The notes under the pieces were generated by a model. It ran no database searches. It was not told where the DNA came from and saw only the letters and a program-made list of their open reading frames with translations. The translations under genes were made by a program, and so were the position numbers. Shown in pieces: positions 1 through 9,851 of a stretch of 64,000 bases of DNA. Where the stretch lies: contig OZ374559.1 in NCBI GenBank assembly GCA_977862235.1, forward strand, positions 2,914,001 through 2,978,000, read 5' to 3'. The first letter of the stretch is position 1, and the number at the start of each line of letters is the position of its first letter. Source of the stretch: Dudresnaya verticillata. Taxonomy: Eukaryota.

Positions 1-1234
1 CTCATTTCTCATTTCAGCTGCAATACAACTCCGCGAAGGTGCCAACGTTCGTGAAGGGGCATACTGTGTGAATATTGTGATAGTCTGTAGAAAGTCGGAA
101 GGGGTTTTTATCAGTTCGTTTTTATGCTGCACGAGCTTGCGAACCTCGTTGGAGGCAGCCGTGAGAGTATAACAAAGCGAGTACTTTGACAAAGGTCGGT
201 TTGATTCACGTCGTCGGATACATTGAAACTGTATGAAGTGCTTTGAAGGTTACGGAAACGTCAATAAGGCTTTGACTGTGCGGTAATGTGTGTCTTGTCT
301 GTGTGTGCTTTAGGTGCTCATATGTGCCATTCCGCTTTCTACGAGATGGTGGCTGAGCCAAGTGTTCCAAGGCCCCGGTCCACCTGCGGCTGTGCAAGTG
401 GAGCAAGGTGTGACGGGAATGCAACATTCTGGAGCGAACAGGTGGCCTGGAGACGGGCAACAAGAATATGCAGTCGTCCTTAGCAGCTCAGATGTGCAGA
501 GATATAATGCAGTGAGATTGTGGTAATGTTATATTATTACTGTTACACCATTTGTTCCCTCTTTCCGGATTTATGTGTGGTCATAGCTTTGAAACGGCAC
601 AGCGTTCTAACAAGTGCAGGGAGCCTCGAGGTTAGAAAGGCCGCACATATCGCATGATCGCATGATGGCTAATGACTCTACCTGCAGCGTCCAAGTGAAT
701 TGGCGGCAGAACGCTTGCTGGCGGCGGTGACGGAGAACGTGCGGTAGCAGTTGAAGCTACGAGATTTGTGTAACGTGTCAAGACAAAAGGTTCAGCTGCT
801 GTGAACTGCAGCTACGAATGCCAAAGGCTATCACCGCATATCACTGCGTGTACATACTTGGACCGTCCTGTTGGAATATCTCGGAGATGTTTCCTAGTCT
901 TTCACTCTTCCGCCGCACTCGTTGGCCGCTGGTGTTGTGCCTAAACTACCACCGCCAGTTGGCGTCGGGTGGGCGCTCGTTCCCCCTCTCATTTTACTAG
1001 AGCGAGTGGCGCGCAACGCTTCTTCCCCGAGGTACATCACAACTTTTCTGCGGCTGTGTGCGTCAGCTGTTACGTTACGTTGGAACTGCAGCGCTGTTCT
1101 TGTTCTAGACTATAGTCGAGAATAGCCACATGCCATCGTGCTGTGTCACAGTGCGCCTCACAAAGTATGAAGTCAAGGTTTGCGAGGTCGTTGCGCCGAG
1201 ATCGTGGCGATGCTGTATGAAGTTTACTTAAGGC

Positions 1235-1242
1235 TATATAAG
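1235..1242 (+). promoter_or_regulatory. Putative TATA box of gene A (recurs in every unit)
   Basis: TATATAAG about 216 bp upstream of ATG 1451, followed by a C/A-rich leader. Confidence 0.55.
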
Positions 1243-1450
1243 TGCTGGGCGGCTCACCAAAGACTCAAACCACCTAAATCATTGCGGTACTTCTGCACAG
1301 CAGCAAAGCACACTCTATTCACTCACACACACATTCACACAGCATACTTTCCATCTGCACCCGCACCCTTCCAGAACAACTCCTCAACACATCAACACAC
1401 CTTCTGTGCTACATTTCTATCCCGTTTACAAATCAACCCGCAACTCCAAC

Positions 1451-1981
1451 ATGAAGTTCACCACCTCTTGTTTCGCAATTTTCTTGCTCATCGCTGTCTA
1501 CGAGACGTCAGCTAAAGCTGCCTCCATTGTTTCCACACACGACGCCGTCCCTCAAAAAATAGAGCTCCATGGATCTCGCACCACAACTGGCGCATGCTCA
1601 CACGACGACCTTCTTCAGACGGCAGGATGCATGTGCTACGTTGTACAATCAAAGGGGAAGATGACACGAGAACTTTCTTCATTGTGCACTGAAGTATTCG
1701 GGCGGTCCATTTTCTATTCGGAAAAGTACTGCGAGCCGTTCATGACCGGTGGCATGACCCAGTACATGTCATTAGTCAAGAGTGCAAATACCTGCCTCAG
1801 CACCAAACTCGCTGCATCACTCCGTCAACTGTCGCGTGGATCTAAACACGAGTCGACGTCTACGGCCTTGGAACCAGGGAACAAAATGGAGCTGGAAGCG
1901 AGCGTGGTTCGTAAGTTCCCATGGAAGCTAGTACTGAAGATCTTGAAGATTGCGATCGAAATTATACTATTGTTCTTGTAG
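1451..1981 (+). CDS. Secreted Cys-rich precursor A (176 aa): signal peptide, 6-Cys domain, C-terminal amphipathic peptide; unit 1
   Basis: ATG at 1451 gives MKFTTSCFAIFLLIAVYETSA (signal-like). Cys spacing C-x10-CxC-x16-C-x14-C-x20-C. Ends VVR-KFPWKLVLKILKIAIEIILLFL. Clear paralogy to gene B. Confidence 0.88.
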   Translation: MKFTTSCFAIFLLIAVYETSAKAASIVSTHDAVPQKIELHGSRTTTGACSHDDLLQTAGCMCYVVQSKGKMTRELSSLCTEVFGRSIFYSEKYCEPFMTGGMTQYMSLVKSANTCLSTKLAASLRQLSRGSKHESTSTALEPGNKMELEASVVRKFPWKLVLKILKIAIEIILLFL

Positions 1982-2457
1982 TGGAGTTGGCAGATGTGTC
2001 ATTGTTATTGTATATTGTGTTTTCTGGTGGGACTGTGATGTAAAAAGAGAGAAACAGGTGTGTCGCTGGATAAAACAACTCTTTTTTGTTAGACCTTTAG
2101 GAAGCGGGTGAGATTTGTGCGTAGAAAGTAACCAAGGGAGAGAGGGAGAGAGCAGCATCCTTTTTGCTCAGAAGATTCACATTAATGTAGCCGCCCACTA
2201 GTTTGTGTCAACCGCCTTTCCCGAAGCCGCCTGTGGACGTCCACTGCCATTGTTTATACCTTTTGACTTGGCAACTTGGGCATGAAATTCTATTCCTATG
2301 TCTGGTCATCAATATGTATGGCCGAGTTTTCCTGTCCTTGACCTCAACCTCAACGCATTGCGACCTTGCTGTCGAAAAAGATACCTCCCCAGCCTCCGGG
2401 AAGCTTAATGTTACTCTCATCTGACTTCCTTAGCCCTTCAATGCGCGGCAGTTAATG

Positions 2458-3336
2458 TTAACGGTTGGGCTCTCTCCCCTCCGTTCTTGACCTTTTGTGT
2501 TTAGAAACGTATAGTCTCCTCATCAGCTCAACTTCTGATCCTCGCAAGTGTGGAAGACGAAGGCAGGATGGAAACAGCCGTGGAGGAGCTCTCCGCGAAG
2601 ATGGTTCGAGACTTTTGGACCGCTGAAGATATTCATGCCTGCGGAAAAGATTATCATTGCTTCTTGTACGTCTTACTCTTTTCGACTCTGGGTTGATAGA
2701 TATCGTGAGGACAGAAAGACCCTGAAGGGCCGCATGTTTCCTTGGAATCCTAACGTTTGGGCATTCGCGCTCTATTAGAGCGTTCAGTTCGTAAAGCTCA
2801 TCGATGATATCGGAACGTGGGTTCTTTCCCCTGGCAGCACGTGCCGATGCATAGTCCGCAAAAGAATTGGATAAGAACACGATCCCTTCATACCCGAAAC
2901 GCCTGCATTGTTCAAGGACCTCGTTGCAAAGATGCAGAGGGCAGAATGGCATAAAAAGAATAGCACAAGTTCCCGCCGGAGGGGTCCTCATTCTGTTGGA
3001 GCAAGCGGGAACAACATTGAACCCTGCTCGTTGCGCGACTTGGATATCGTCCTGTTTGAATACCGGATCAGTGATCGTGCAAACAGAAAGTTGTCCCAGC
3101 ATTTCTTTGACCAACAACGCACAAGCAAACTGAACCAACGAATTCTGAGCAGCGACGAACGAGCCGATTCCAAGACACTGGAGAGAGTATGGCCTTCTTC
3201 CTGCCTTGGCATGCTGGAGGTCGCGTTTGAGAATCGCCCACCAGCCTGATTTGCGAAGCTCTCGTTTGACTTCTTCGAGGCGCCTCGCAGTTCTTGTCGC
3301 CGTGGCTGACATGTGCCGAGGGTCAGTGCCCTTCAT
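2458..3336 (-). CDS. SRR1/BER1-domain protein (~292 aa from ATG 3336); unit 1
   Basis: Motifs CLGIGSF, QFACALL, DPVF, LFMPFC, LCNEVL and LSNSF match the order of SRR1-domain motifs as I recall them (GLGSF / QLA / DPVF / MPHC / GNSF). Basic, low-complexity C-terminal tail. Confidence 0.8.
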   Translation of the reverse strand: MKGTDPRHMSATATRTARRLEEVKRELRKSGWWAILKRDLQHAKAGRRPYSLQCLGIGSFVAAQNSLVQFACALLVKEMLGQLSVCTITDPVFKQDDIQVAQRAGFNVVPACSNRMRTPPAGTCAILFMPFCPLHLCNEVLEQCRRFGYEGIVFLSNSFADYASARAARGKNPRSDIIDELYELNALIERECPNVRIPRKHAALQGLSVLTISINPESKRVRRTRSNDNLFRRHEYLQRSKSLEPSSRRAPPRLFPSCLRLPHLRGSEVELMRRLYVSKHKRSRTEGREPNR

Positions 3337-4340
3337 TTCTGAATGTGTAGCGTGAACGGGGTGGTGATTTGGCAAGGCAAGAATTGACAATGTGCTCTAC
3401 ACAGGGCCGCGGCGTGGAAAGGTTGTAGGTGGGAGCAGTACGCAACTCGGAGTTCAGTGCAGACACGATAAATAGGTCGGGCGGGAACGCTCAGAGGGCG
3501 GTAAAATGCACTCGCAAGTTGCGTTTCGCGCCAAATACCGCCCAGAATTTCTCCACATGCCATTCTTAATAGTTTGTGAGATATTCCGAATGAGCAGCGA
3601 AGCAGCCTCCCAAGAATATTCTCCTCACTTAACGTAGCAAGTTCCAAGACGTCTTGATCACTGAATACAACGCCACGACCAAAGTGCTTCTACGCTGGAC
3701 TGACAATAGTGTTAGTGGATAGAAAGCCCCCCTTAACTTGTTTCAGTTAGCATTAGTCGTCGCAATTATCCCATATCCCGTCTGATGCGTTCTAGTGCTT
3801 TACCCCTCTCCCCTGTCCAGTCCACAGTCTCTCTTTCTAAATAAAGGTTGGTTCTAAAGGCATCTCTCTTCTAAATGAGATGGCCGAATCGAAGATGTGA
3901 GTTTATTGCAGTGGACGGGAGAGTGACGTCATGTATAATCACCTGATTATCTGCACCAAGAGGTGTGCAATGAAGTGATCCAGCCACAGGAATCTCTTTT
4001 GAGGATGCTTACGGTACCTCGAACACCTCATTGTGACACTGAAAATCTTTACCTTTTCAACTCTGCACCGTCAAGAAGCCCACGAATGTTGACAAGCAAT
4101 CTCGAAAGCAACGGCTCAGTTTATTCCCAATAACAGTAGAAACAGACTCGTAAATAAGGCGAGTCTCTTAATGGGTGGGGAAGATGCCGTTCTCCGCAGC
4201 GATGAAGTTCGCTAGTCGGTTTCCCTCCACTGTCAAAAGGGATAAGTGACTTTCATAATCTCAATAAATGGGTACAAGCTTCGCAAAACCTGATGCGCGT
4301 ATAGTTCAAAGCGGCGACAAAATGGCTCGCAATGTGGCTA

Positions 4341-4772
4341 TCACCATCGGGGGAAGTTCGAAGGGAATTTCGTACAGACGAAGAGAGTGATGGCCTGGTT
4401 CAGCTCGAGAGCCTGCATGGGGTGGAAATCGCCAGGAGCAGGTGAATATAAATGTTTACTCAACTTTAGAGTGTTTAGAGTGTACTCGCCTCGTCCAGGA
4501 GCAGGTCGACGGGACAACCGAGTAGGGCCCTGAAATGAGTTTAGGTCACTAATACCCGCACATGGGCCTTCAAGTCGCCCCGCCCGATCGGGACCACCTA
4601 AAACAACCATTAAAAGTTTACCATCACTAAGCTTCACTACTAGGTCAAAGCGGAAGCGATAGTTGTTTTTTTGGTAGTGAGCGTAATCCACCAGGAGAGG
4701 AAAATCAAAAACAAAGGGAGCAGCCACTAAAGTAAACCGTCGCACTGGATCTGGTCTTGCTGGTAGTGACAT
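4341..4772 (-). CDS. Hypothetical 143-aa ORF (recurs in each unit)
   Basis: ATG-initiated ORF with no recognisable motif. Recurrence reflects only the array. Confidence 0.25.
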   Translation of the reverse strand: MSLPARPDPVRRFTLVAAPFVFDFPLLVDYAHYQKNNYRFRFDLVVKLSDGKLLMVVLGGPDRAGRLEGPCAGISDLNSFQGPTRLSRRPAPGRGEYTLNTLKLSKHLYSPAPGDFHPMQALELNQAITLFVCTKFPSNFPRW

Positions 4773-5055
4773 ATCCTATTAGTAAGATGGACATGCAGGC
4801 AGGATGAATCAATGGAGAAGTGTGGTTGATGCTTTAGAAGAGAATTTGTTGCTGGAAACATGGAGGTACTTTGTATGTAAGTTTGTAAAATGATGCATTA
4901 CAACCTCGAGAGTAGGAAGATTTGAATAAAGGGATAAAGGGATGAAGTGCTTGAAAAGCATAAAACGTTTTATACATTCGTCTGCATTTTTGCTTACTTT
5001 ATACAATTAGTGGCACAAGCAAAGGATGTTCATGTTATGTATTACTGCAGCAAGA

Positions 5056-5547
5056 CTAAGGACCTCCAGTCTCTTCCAGAATCAGAATGGCAATCTTGAT
5101 CGCGATTATCAAGATCTTCAAGACCAGAATCCAAGGGAACCGCACCGCCTTGGCCAACAGTTCCATCCTTCCCATATTCTTGTCCAAGGATGTGACCTGT
5201 ACGAGCTGTCGGAAGGTGCCCTTTAGATCGCTGTTGACGCAAGAAATCGAGCTCTGCACAAGAGATTTCAATTGCACCACGCCCTTGGACATAAATGGTT
5301 CGCAGAAAGCATTCGACACAAAGGCAGACCGTCCAAACACTTGAATACAAAGCGAATGGAGCTCCTTCGTCATCCTTCCGTTCTTGTAGATTATGTGACA
5401 CATACATCCTGAAGAATGGATCATGGTGTCGCTTGAGCACGTGTTACTGAGAGCATGAGAAACTTCGGAGATTGGCTTGAGACTGACAGCTGTGCAGGTG
5501 CCAATGATGGTGCACAGGATAGATGAGATGAGGAAGGATTTCTTCAT
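5056..5547 (-). CDS. Secreted Cys-rich precursor B (163 aa), paralog of A; unit 1
   Basis: ATG at 5547 gives MKKSFLISSILCTIIGTCTA (signal-like). Same 6-Cys spacing as A. Shared GCMC, MTxELxSLC, VFGRS, CEPFM, SLV, RQL, MEL. Ends AVR-FPWILVLKILIIAIKIAILILEETGGP. Confidence 0.88.
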   Translation of the reverse strand: MKKSFLISSILCTIIGTCTAVSLKPISEVSHALSNTCSSDTMIHSSGCMCHIIYKNGRMTKELHSLCIQVFGRSAFVSNAFCEPFMSKGVVQLKSLVQSSISCVNSDLKGTFRQLVQVTSLDKNMGRMELLAKAVRFPWILVLKILIIAIKIAILILEETGGP

Positions 5548-5789
5548 CTTGTTGGTTGCTGTAGATGAACCCCGAATGGCAGATTGTGCGTATACGGATT
5601 GCGTATAGCAGTTGGTTTGTGTAACACAGACTTGACTTCTGGTTAGCACGACTTGGTTATGTGTGGGTGATCTCGGATTCTTTAGCCGATTGTAGAGACG
5701 ATTTGTTGTGTTGGAGAGTTGCTTGTTCGCGTCGATTGCTGTTGGTTTCTGATCCTGATTGCAACCCCGGGTTGGGCGTGCTCTGTGGT

Positions 5790-5796
5790 TTTTATA
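5790..5796 (-). promoter_or_regulatory. Putative TATA box of gene B (recurs in every unit)
   Basis: TATAAAA on the minus strand about 243 bp upstream of ATG 5547, followed by a C/A-rich leader like that of gene A. Confidence 0.55.
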
Positions 5797-5989
5797 GAAG
5801 AGGATCAAATGTTACGCTTGCACATGGTAGCAAGCCCCTGAAACTCAGGATCTAGGTCTAATGCATTCGACTACAAACAAACGCCTTTACCGTTCGCTCG
5901 GAAAGACTCACTTGTGCCTATGATTGTCGGCATTCATAATCGTAGCCACAGGATGAAACAATATTGAAAGTGCTTGCGCCAACAACAGG

Positions 5990-5994
5990 CTCCC
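5990..5994. other. Empty retrotransposon target site CTCCC (also 36105-36109, 42626-42630, 49147-49151)
   Basis: aacaacagg-CTCCC-tgcctcacg occurs once in empty units and is duplicated around the element in filled units. Confidence 0.95.
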
Positions 5995-7965
5995 TGCCTC
6001 ACGTTTCACCTCGGCATCGCGCACAACGTTCACGTCTCCTTTTTTTGTTACAGCCGCCTCTCCTTCCGCCTCCCTACATCCTCCCCCTCTTTCTCGTTTG
6101 GCCTGCGTCGTGATGTTTTACTCTTTTACTGTGCCCGCTCGTGTCAGATCTGCCGATATTTGAGATCTTTCTGGGATACTGAGCGCAGGCAACACCGTTT
6201 CAGAGAATGTGACTATGATGGCACAATGATACATTGGCACGCGTCCAATTGCAGCAGTTTGCTCCATTTTGCATTGTATGAGTTCGAGTGAGCAGCAATA
6301 CCATGTACCGTGTCTACCTTCTTCGGCCGGTACGGGCTCAATACTCTTCATAAACTATACGGCTGTGAAATGGCATCGTATTCAAATCAAACAGCACCGT
6401 ACTGAGAGTGTGATGTGCGGAAAGCGAGTGGGGCAGTCTCGAGTCTTTCGAGCACACAAGTCACACCTGATACCGTGGCGGTGTTTGCTGCTGTACAACT
6501 TGCACTGTGAGCTTTCTCATTTCTCATTTCAGCTGCAATACAACTCCGCGAAGGTGCCAACGTTCGTGAAGGGGCATACTGTGTGAATATTGTGATAGTC
6601 TGTAGAAAGTCGGAAGGGGTTTTTATCAGTTCGTTTTTATGCTGCACGAGCTTGCGAACCTCGTTGGAGGCAGCCGTGAGAGTATAACAAAGCGAGTACT
6701 TTGACAAAGGTCGGTTTGATTCACGTCGTCGGATACATTGAAACTGTATGAAGTGCTTTGAAGGTTACGGAAACGTCAATAAGGCTTTGACTGTGCGGTA
6801 ATGTGTGTCTTGTCTGTGTGTGCTTTAGGTGCTCATATGTGCCATTCCGCTTTCTACGAGATGGTGGCTGAGCCAAGTGTTCCAAGGCCCCGGTCCACCT
6901 GCGGCTGTGCAAGTGGAGCAAGGTGTGACGGGAATGCAACATTCTGGAGCGAACAGGTGGCCTGGAGACGGGCAACAAGAATATGCAGTCGTCCTTAGCA
7001 GCTCAGATGTGCAGAGATATAATGCAGTGAGATTGTGGTAATGTTATATTATTACTGTTACACCATTTGTTCCCTCTTTCCGGATTTATGTGTGGTCATA
7101 GCTTTGAAACGGCACAGCGTTCTAACAAGTGCAGGGAGCCTCGAGGTTAGAAAGGCCGCACATATCGCATGATCGCATGATGGCTAATGACTCTACCTGC
7201 AGCGTCCAAGTGAATTGGCGGCAGAACGCTTGCTGGCGGCGGTGACGGAGAACGTGCGGTAGCAGTTGAAGCTACGAGATTTGTGTAACGTGTCAAGACA
7301 AAAGGTTCAGCTGCTGTGAACTGCAGCTACGAATGCCAAAGGCTATCACCGCATATCACTGCGTGTACATACTTGGACCGTCCTGTTGGAATATCTCGGA
7401 GATGTTTCCTAGTCTTTCACTCTTCCGCCGCACTCGTTGGCCGCTGGTGTTGTGCCTAAACTACCACCGCCAGTTGGCGTCGGGTGGGCGCTCGTTCCCC
7501 CTCTCATTTTACTAGAGCGAGTGGCGCGCAACGCTTCTTCCCCGAGGTACATCACAACTTTTCTGCGGCTGTGTGCGTCAGCTGTTACGTTACGTTGGAA
7601 CTGCAGCGCTGTTCTTGTTCTAGACTATAGTCGAGAATAGCCACATGCCATCGTGCTGTGTCACAGTGCGCCTCACAAAGTATGAAGTCAAGGTTTGCGA
7701 GGTCGTTGCGCCGAGATCGTGGCGATGCTGTATGAAGTTTACTTAAGGCTATATAAGTGCTGGGCGGCTCACCAAAGACTCAAACCACCTAAATCATTGC
7801 GGTACTTCTGCACAGCAGCAAAGCACACTCTATTCACTCACACACACATTCACACAGCATACTTTCCATCTGCACCCGCACCCTTCCAGAACAACTCCTC
7901 AACACATCAACACACCTTCTGTGCTACATTTCTATCCCGTTTACAAATCAACCCGCAACTCCAAC

Positions 7966-8496
7966 ATGAAGTTCACCACCTCTTGTTTCGCAATTTTCTT
8001 GCTCATCGCTGTCTACGAGACGTCAGCTAAAGCTGCCTCCATTGTTTCCACACACGACGCCGTCCCTCAAAAAATAGAGCTCCATGGATCTCGCACCACA
8101 ACTGGCGCATGCTCACACGACGACCTTCTTCAGACGGCAGGATGCATGTGCTACGTTGTACAATCAAAGGGGAAGATGACACGAGAACTTTCTTCATTGT
8201 GCACTGAAGTATTCGGGCGGTCCATTTTCTATTCGGAAAAGTACTGCGAGCCGTTCATGACCGGTGGCATGACCCAGTACATGTCATTAGTCAAGAGTGC
8301 AAATACCTGCCTCAGCACCAAACTCGCTGCATCACTCCGTCAACTGTCGCGTGGATCTAAACACGAGTCGACGTCTACGGCCTTGGAACCAGGGAACAAA
8401 ATGGAGCTGGAAGCGAGCGTGGTTCGTAAGTTCCCATGGAAGCTAGTACTGAAGATCTTGAAGATTGCGATCGAAATTATACTATTGTTCTTGTAG
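7966..8496 (+). CDS. Secreted precursor A; unit 2
   Basis: Protein identical to 1451..1981. Confidence 0.88.
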   Translation: MKFTTSCFAIFLLIAVYETSAKAASIVSTHDAVPQKIELHGSRTTTGACSHDDLLQTAGCMCYVVQSKGKMTRELSSLCTEVFGRSIFYSEKYCEPFMTGGMTQYMSLVKSANTCLSTKLAASLRQLSRGSKHESTSTALEPGNKMELEASVVRKFPWKLVLKILKIAIEIILLFL

Positions 8497-8972
8497 TGGA
8501 GTTGGCAGATGTGTCATTGTTATTGTATATTGTGTTTTCTGGTGGGACTGTGATGTAAAAAGAGAGAAACAGGTGTGTCGCTGGATAAAACAACTCTTTT
8601 TTGTTAGACCTTTAGGAAGCGGGTGAGATTTGTGCGTAGAAAGTAACCAAGGGAGAGAGGGAGAGAGCAGCATCCTTTTTGCTCAGAAGATTCACATTAA
8701 TGTAGCCGCCCACTAGTTTGTGTCAACCGCCTTTCCCGAAGCCGCCTGTGGACGTCCACTGCCATTGTTTATACCTTTTGACTTGGCAACTTGGGCATGA
8801 AATTCTATTCCTATGTCTGGTCATCAATATGTATGGCCGAGTTTTCCTGTCCTTGACCTCAACCTCAACGCATTGCGACCTTGCTGTCGAAAAAGATACC
8901 TCCCCAGCCTCCGGGAAGCTTAATGTTACTCTCATCTGACTTCCTTAGCCCTTCAATGCGCGGCAGTTAATG

Positions 8973-9851
8973 TTAACGGTTGGGCTCTCTCCCCTCCGTT
9001 CTTGACCTTTTGTGTTTAGAAACGTATAGTCTCCTCATCAGCTCAACTTCTGATCCTCGCAAGTGTGGAAGACGAAGGCAGGATGGAAACAGCCGTGGAG
9101 GAGCTCTCCGCGAAGATGGTTCGAGACTTTTGGACCGCTGAAGATATTCATGCCTGCGGAAAAGATTATCATTGCTTCTTGTACGTCTTACTCTTTTCGA
9201 CTCTGGGTTGATAGATATCGTGAGGACAGAAAGACCCTGAAGGGCCGCATGTTTCCTTGGAATCCTAACGTTTGGGCATTCGCGCTCTATTAGAGCGTTC
9301 AGTTCGTAAAGCTCATCGATGATATCGGAACGTGGGTTCTTTCCCCTGGCAGCACGTGCCGATGCATAGTCCGCAAAAGAATTGGATAAGAACACGATCC
9401 CTTCATACCCGAAACGCCTGCATTGTTCAAGGACCTCGTTGCAAAGATGCAGAGGGCAGAATGGCATAAAAAGAATAGCACAAGTTCCCGCCGGAGGGGT
9501 CCTCATTCTGTTGGAGCAAGCGGGAACAACATTGAACCCTGCTCGTTGCGCGACTTGGATATCGTCCTGTTTGAATACCGGATCAGTGATCGTGCAAACA
9601 GAAAGTTGTCCCAGCATTTCTTTGACCAACAACGCACAAGCAAACTGAACCAACGAATTCTGAGCAGCGACGAACGAGCCGATTCCAAGACACTGGAGAG
9701 AGTATGGCCTTCTTCCTGCCTTGGCATGCTGGAGGTCGCGTTTGAGAATCGCCCACCAGCCTGATTTGCGAAGCTCTCGTTTGACTTCTTCGAGGCGCCT
9801 CGCAGTTCTTGTCGCCGTGGCTGACATGTGCCGAGGGTCAGTGCCCTTCAT
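8973..9851 (-). CDS. SRR1-domain protein; unit 2
   Basis: Protein identical to unit 1. Confidence 0.8.
   Translation of the reverse strand: MKGTDPRHMSATATRTARRLEEVKRELRKSGWWAILKRDLQHAKAGRRPYSLQCLGIGSFVAAQNSLVQFACALLVKEMLGQLSVCTITDPVFKQDDIQVAQRAGFNVVPACSNRMRTPPAGTCAILFMPFCPLHLCNEVLEQCRRFGYEGIVFLSNSFADYASARAARGKNPRSDIIDELYELNALIERECPNVRIPRKHAALQGLSVLTISINPESKRVRRTRSNDNLFRRHEYLQRSKSLEPSSRRAPPRLFPSCLRLPHLRGSEVELMRRLYVSKHKRSRTEGREPNR

Noticed and set aside
1406..1450. ORF-track N-terminal extension of gene A (191 aa)
   Set aside because: It starts at a non-ATG codon. ATG 1451 places the signal peptide at the N-terminus.
3337..3390. TTG-initiated extension of the SRR1-like ORF
   Set aside because: In a eukaryotic context the first ATG, at 3336, is preferred.
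2548..3647. Small ORFs overlapping the SRR1-like gene (60-113 aa)
   Set aside because: Alternative-frame or antisense ORFs with no recognisable features. Their recurrence is explained by the tandem array.
4144..4166. Hairpin AGACTCG-n9-CGAGTCT, and near-palindrome CAACCCCGGGTTG at 5762-5774
   Set aside because: Short stems are expected by chance, with no supporting context.
5548..5808. 87-aa N-terminal extension of gene B (250-aa ORF)
   Set aside because: It starts at a non-ATG codon upstream of the TATA-like box. It looks like an open 5' UTR, and paralog A has no equivalent.
1..6515. The 6.5 kb unit as a mobile element, plasmid or viral concatemer
   Set aside because: No transposase, Rep/helicase, integrase or capsid ORF, and no terminal repeats found. 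The content is ordinary cellular-type genes.
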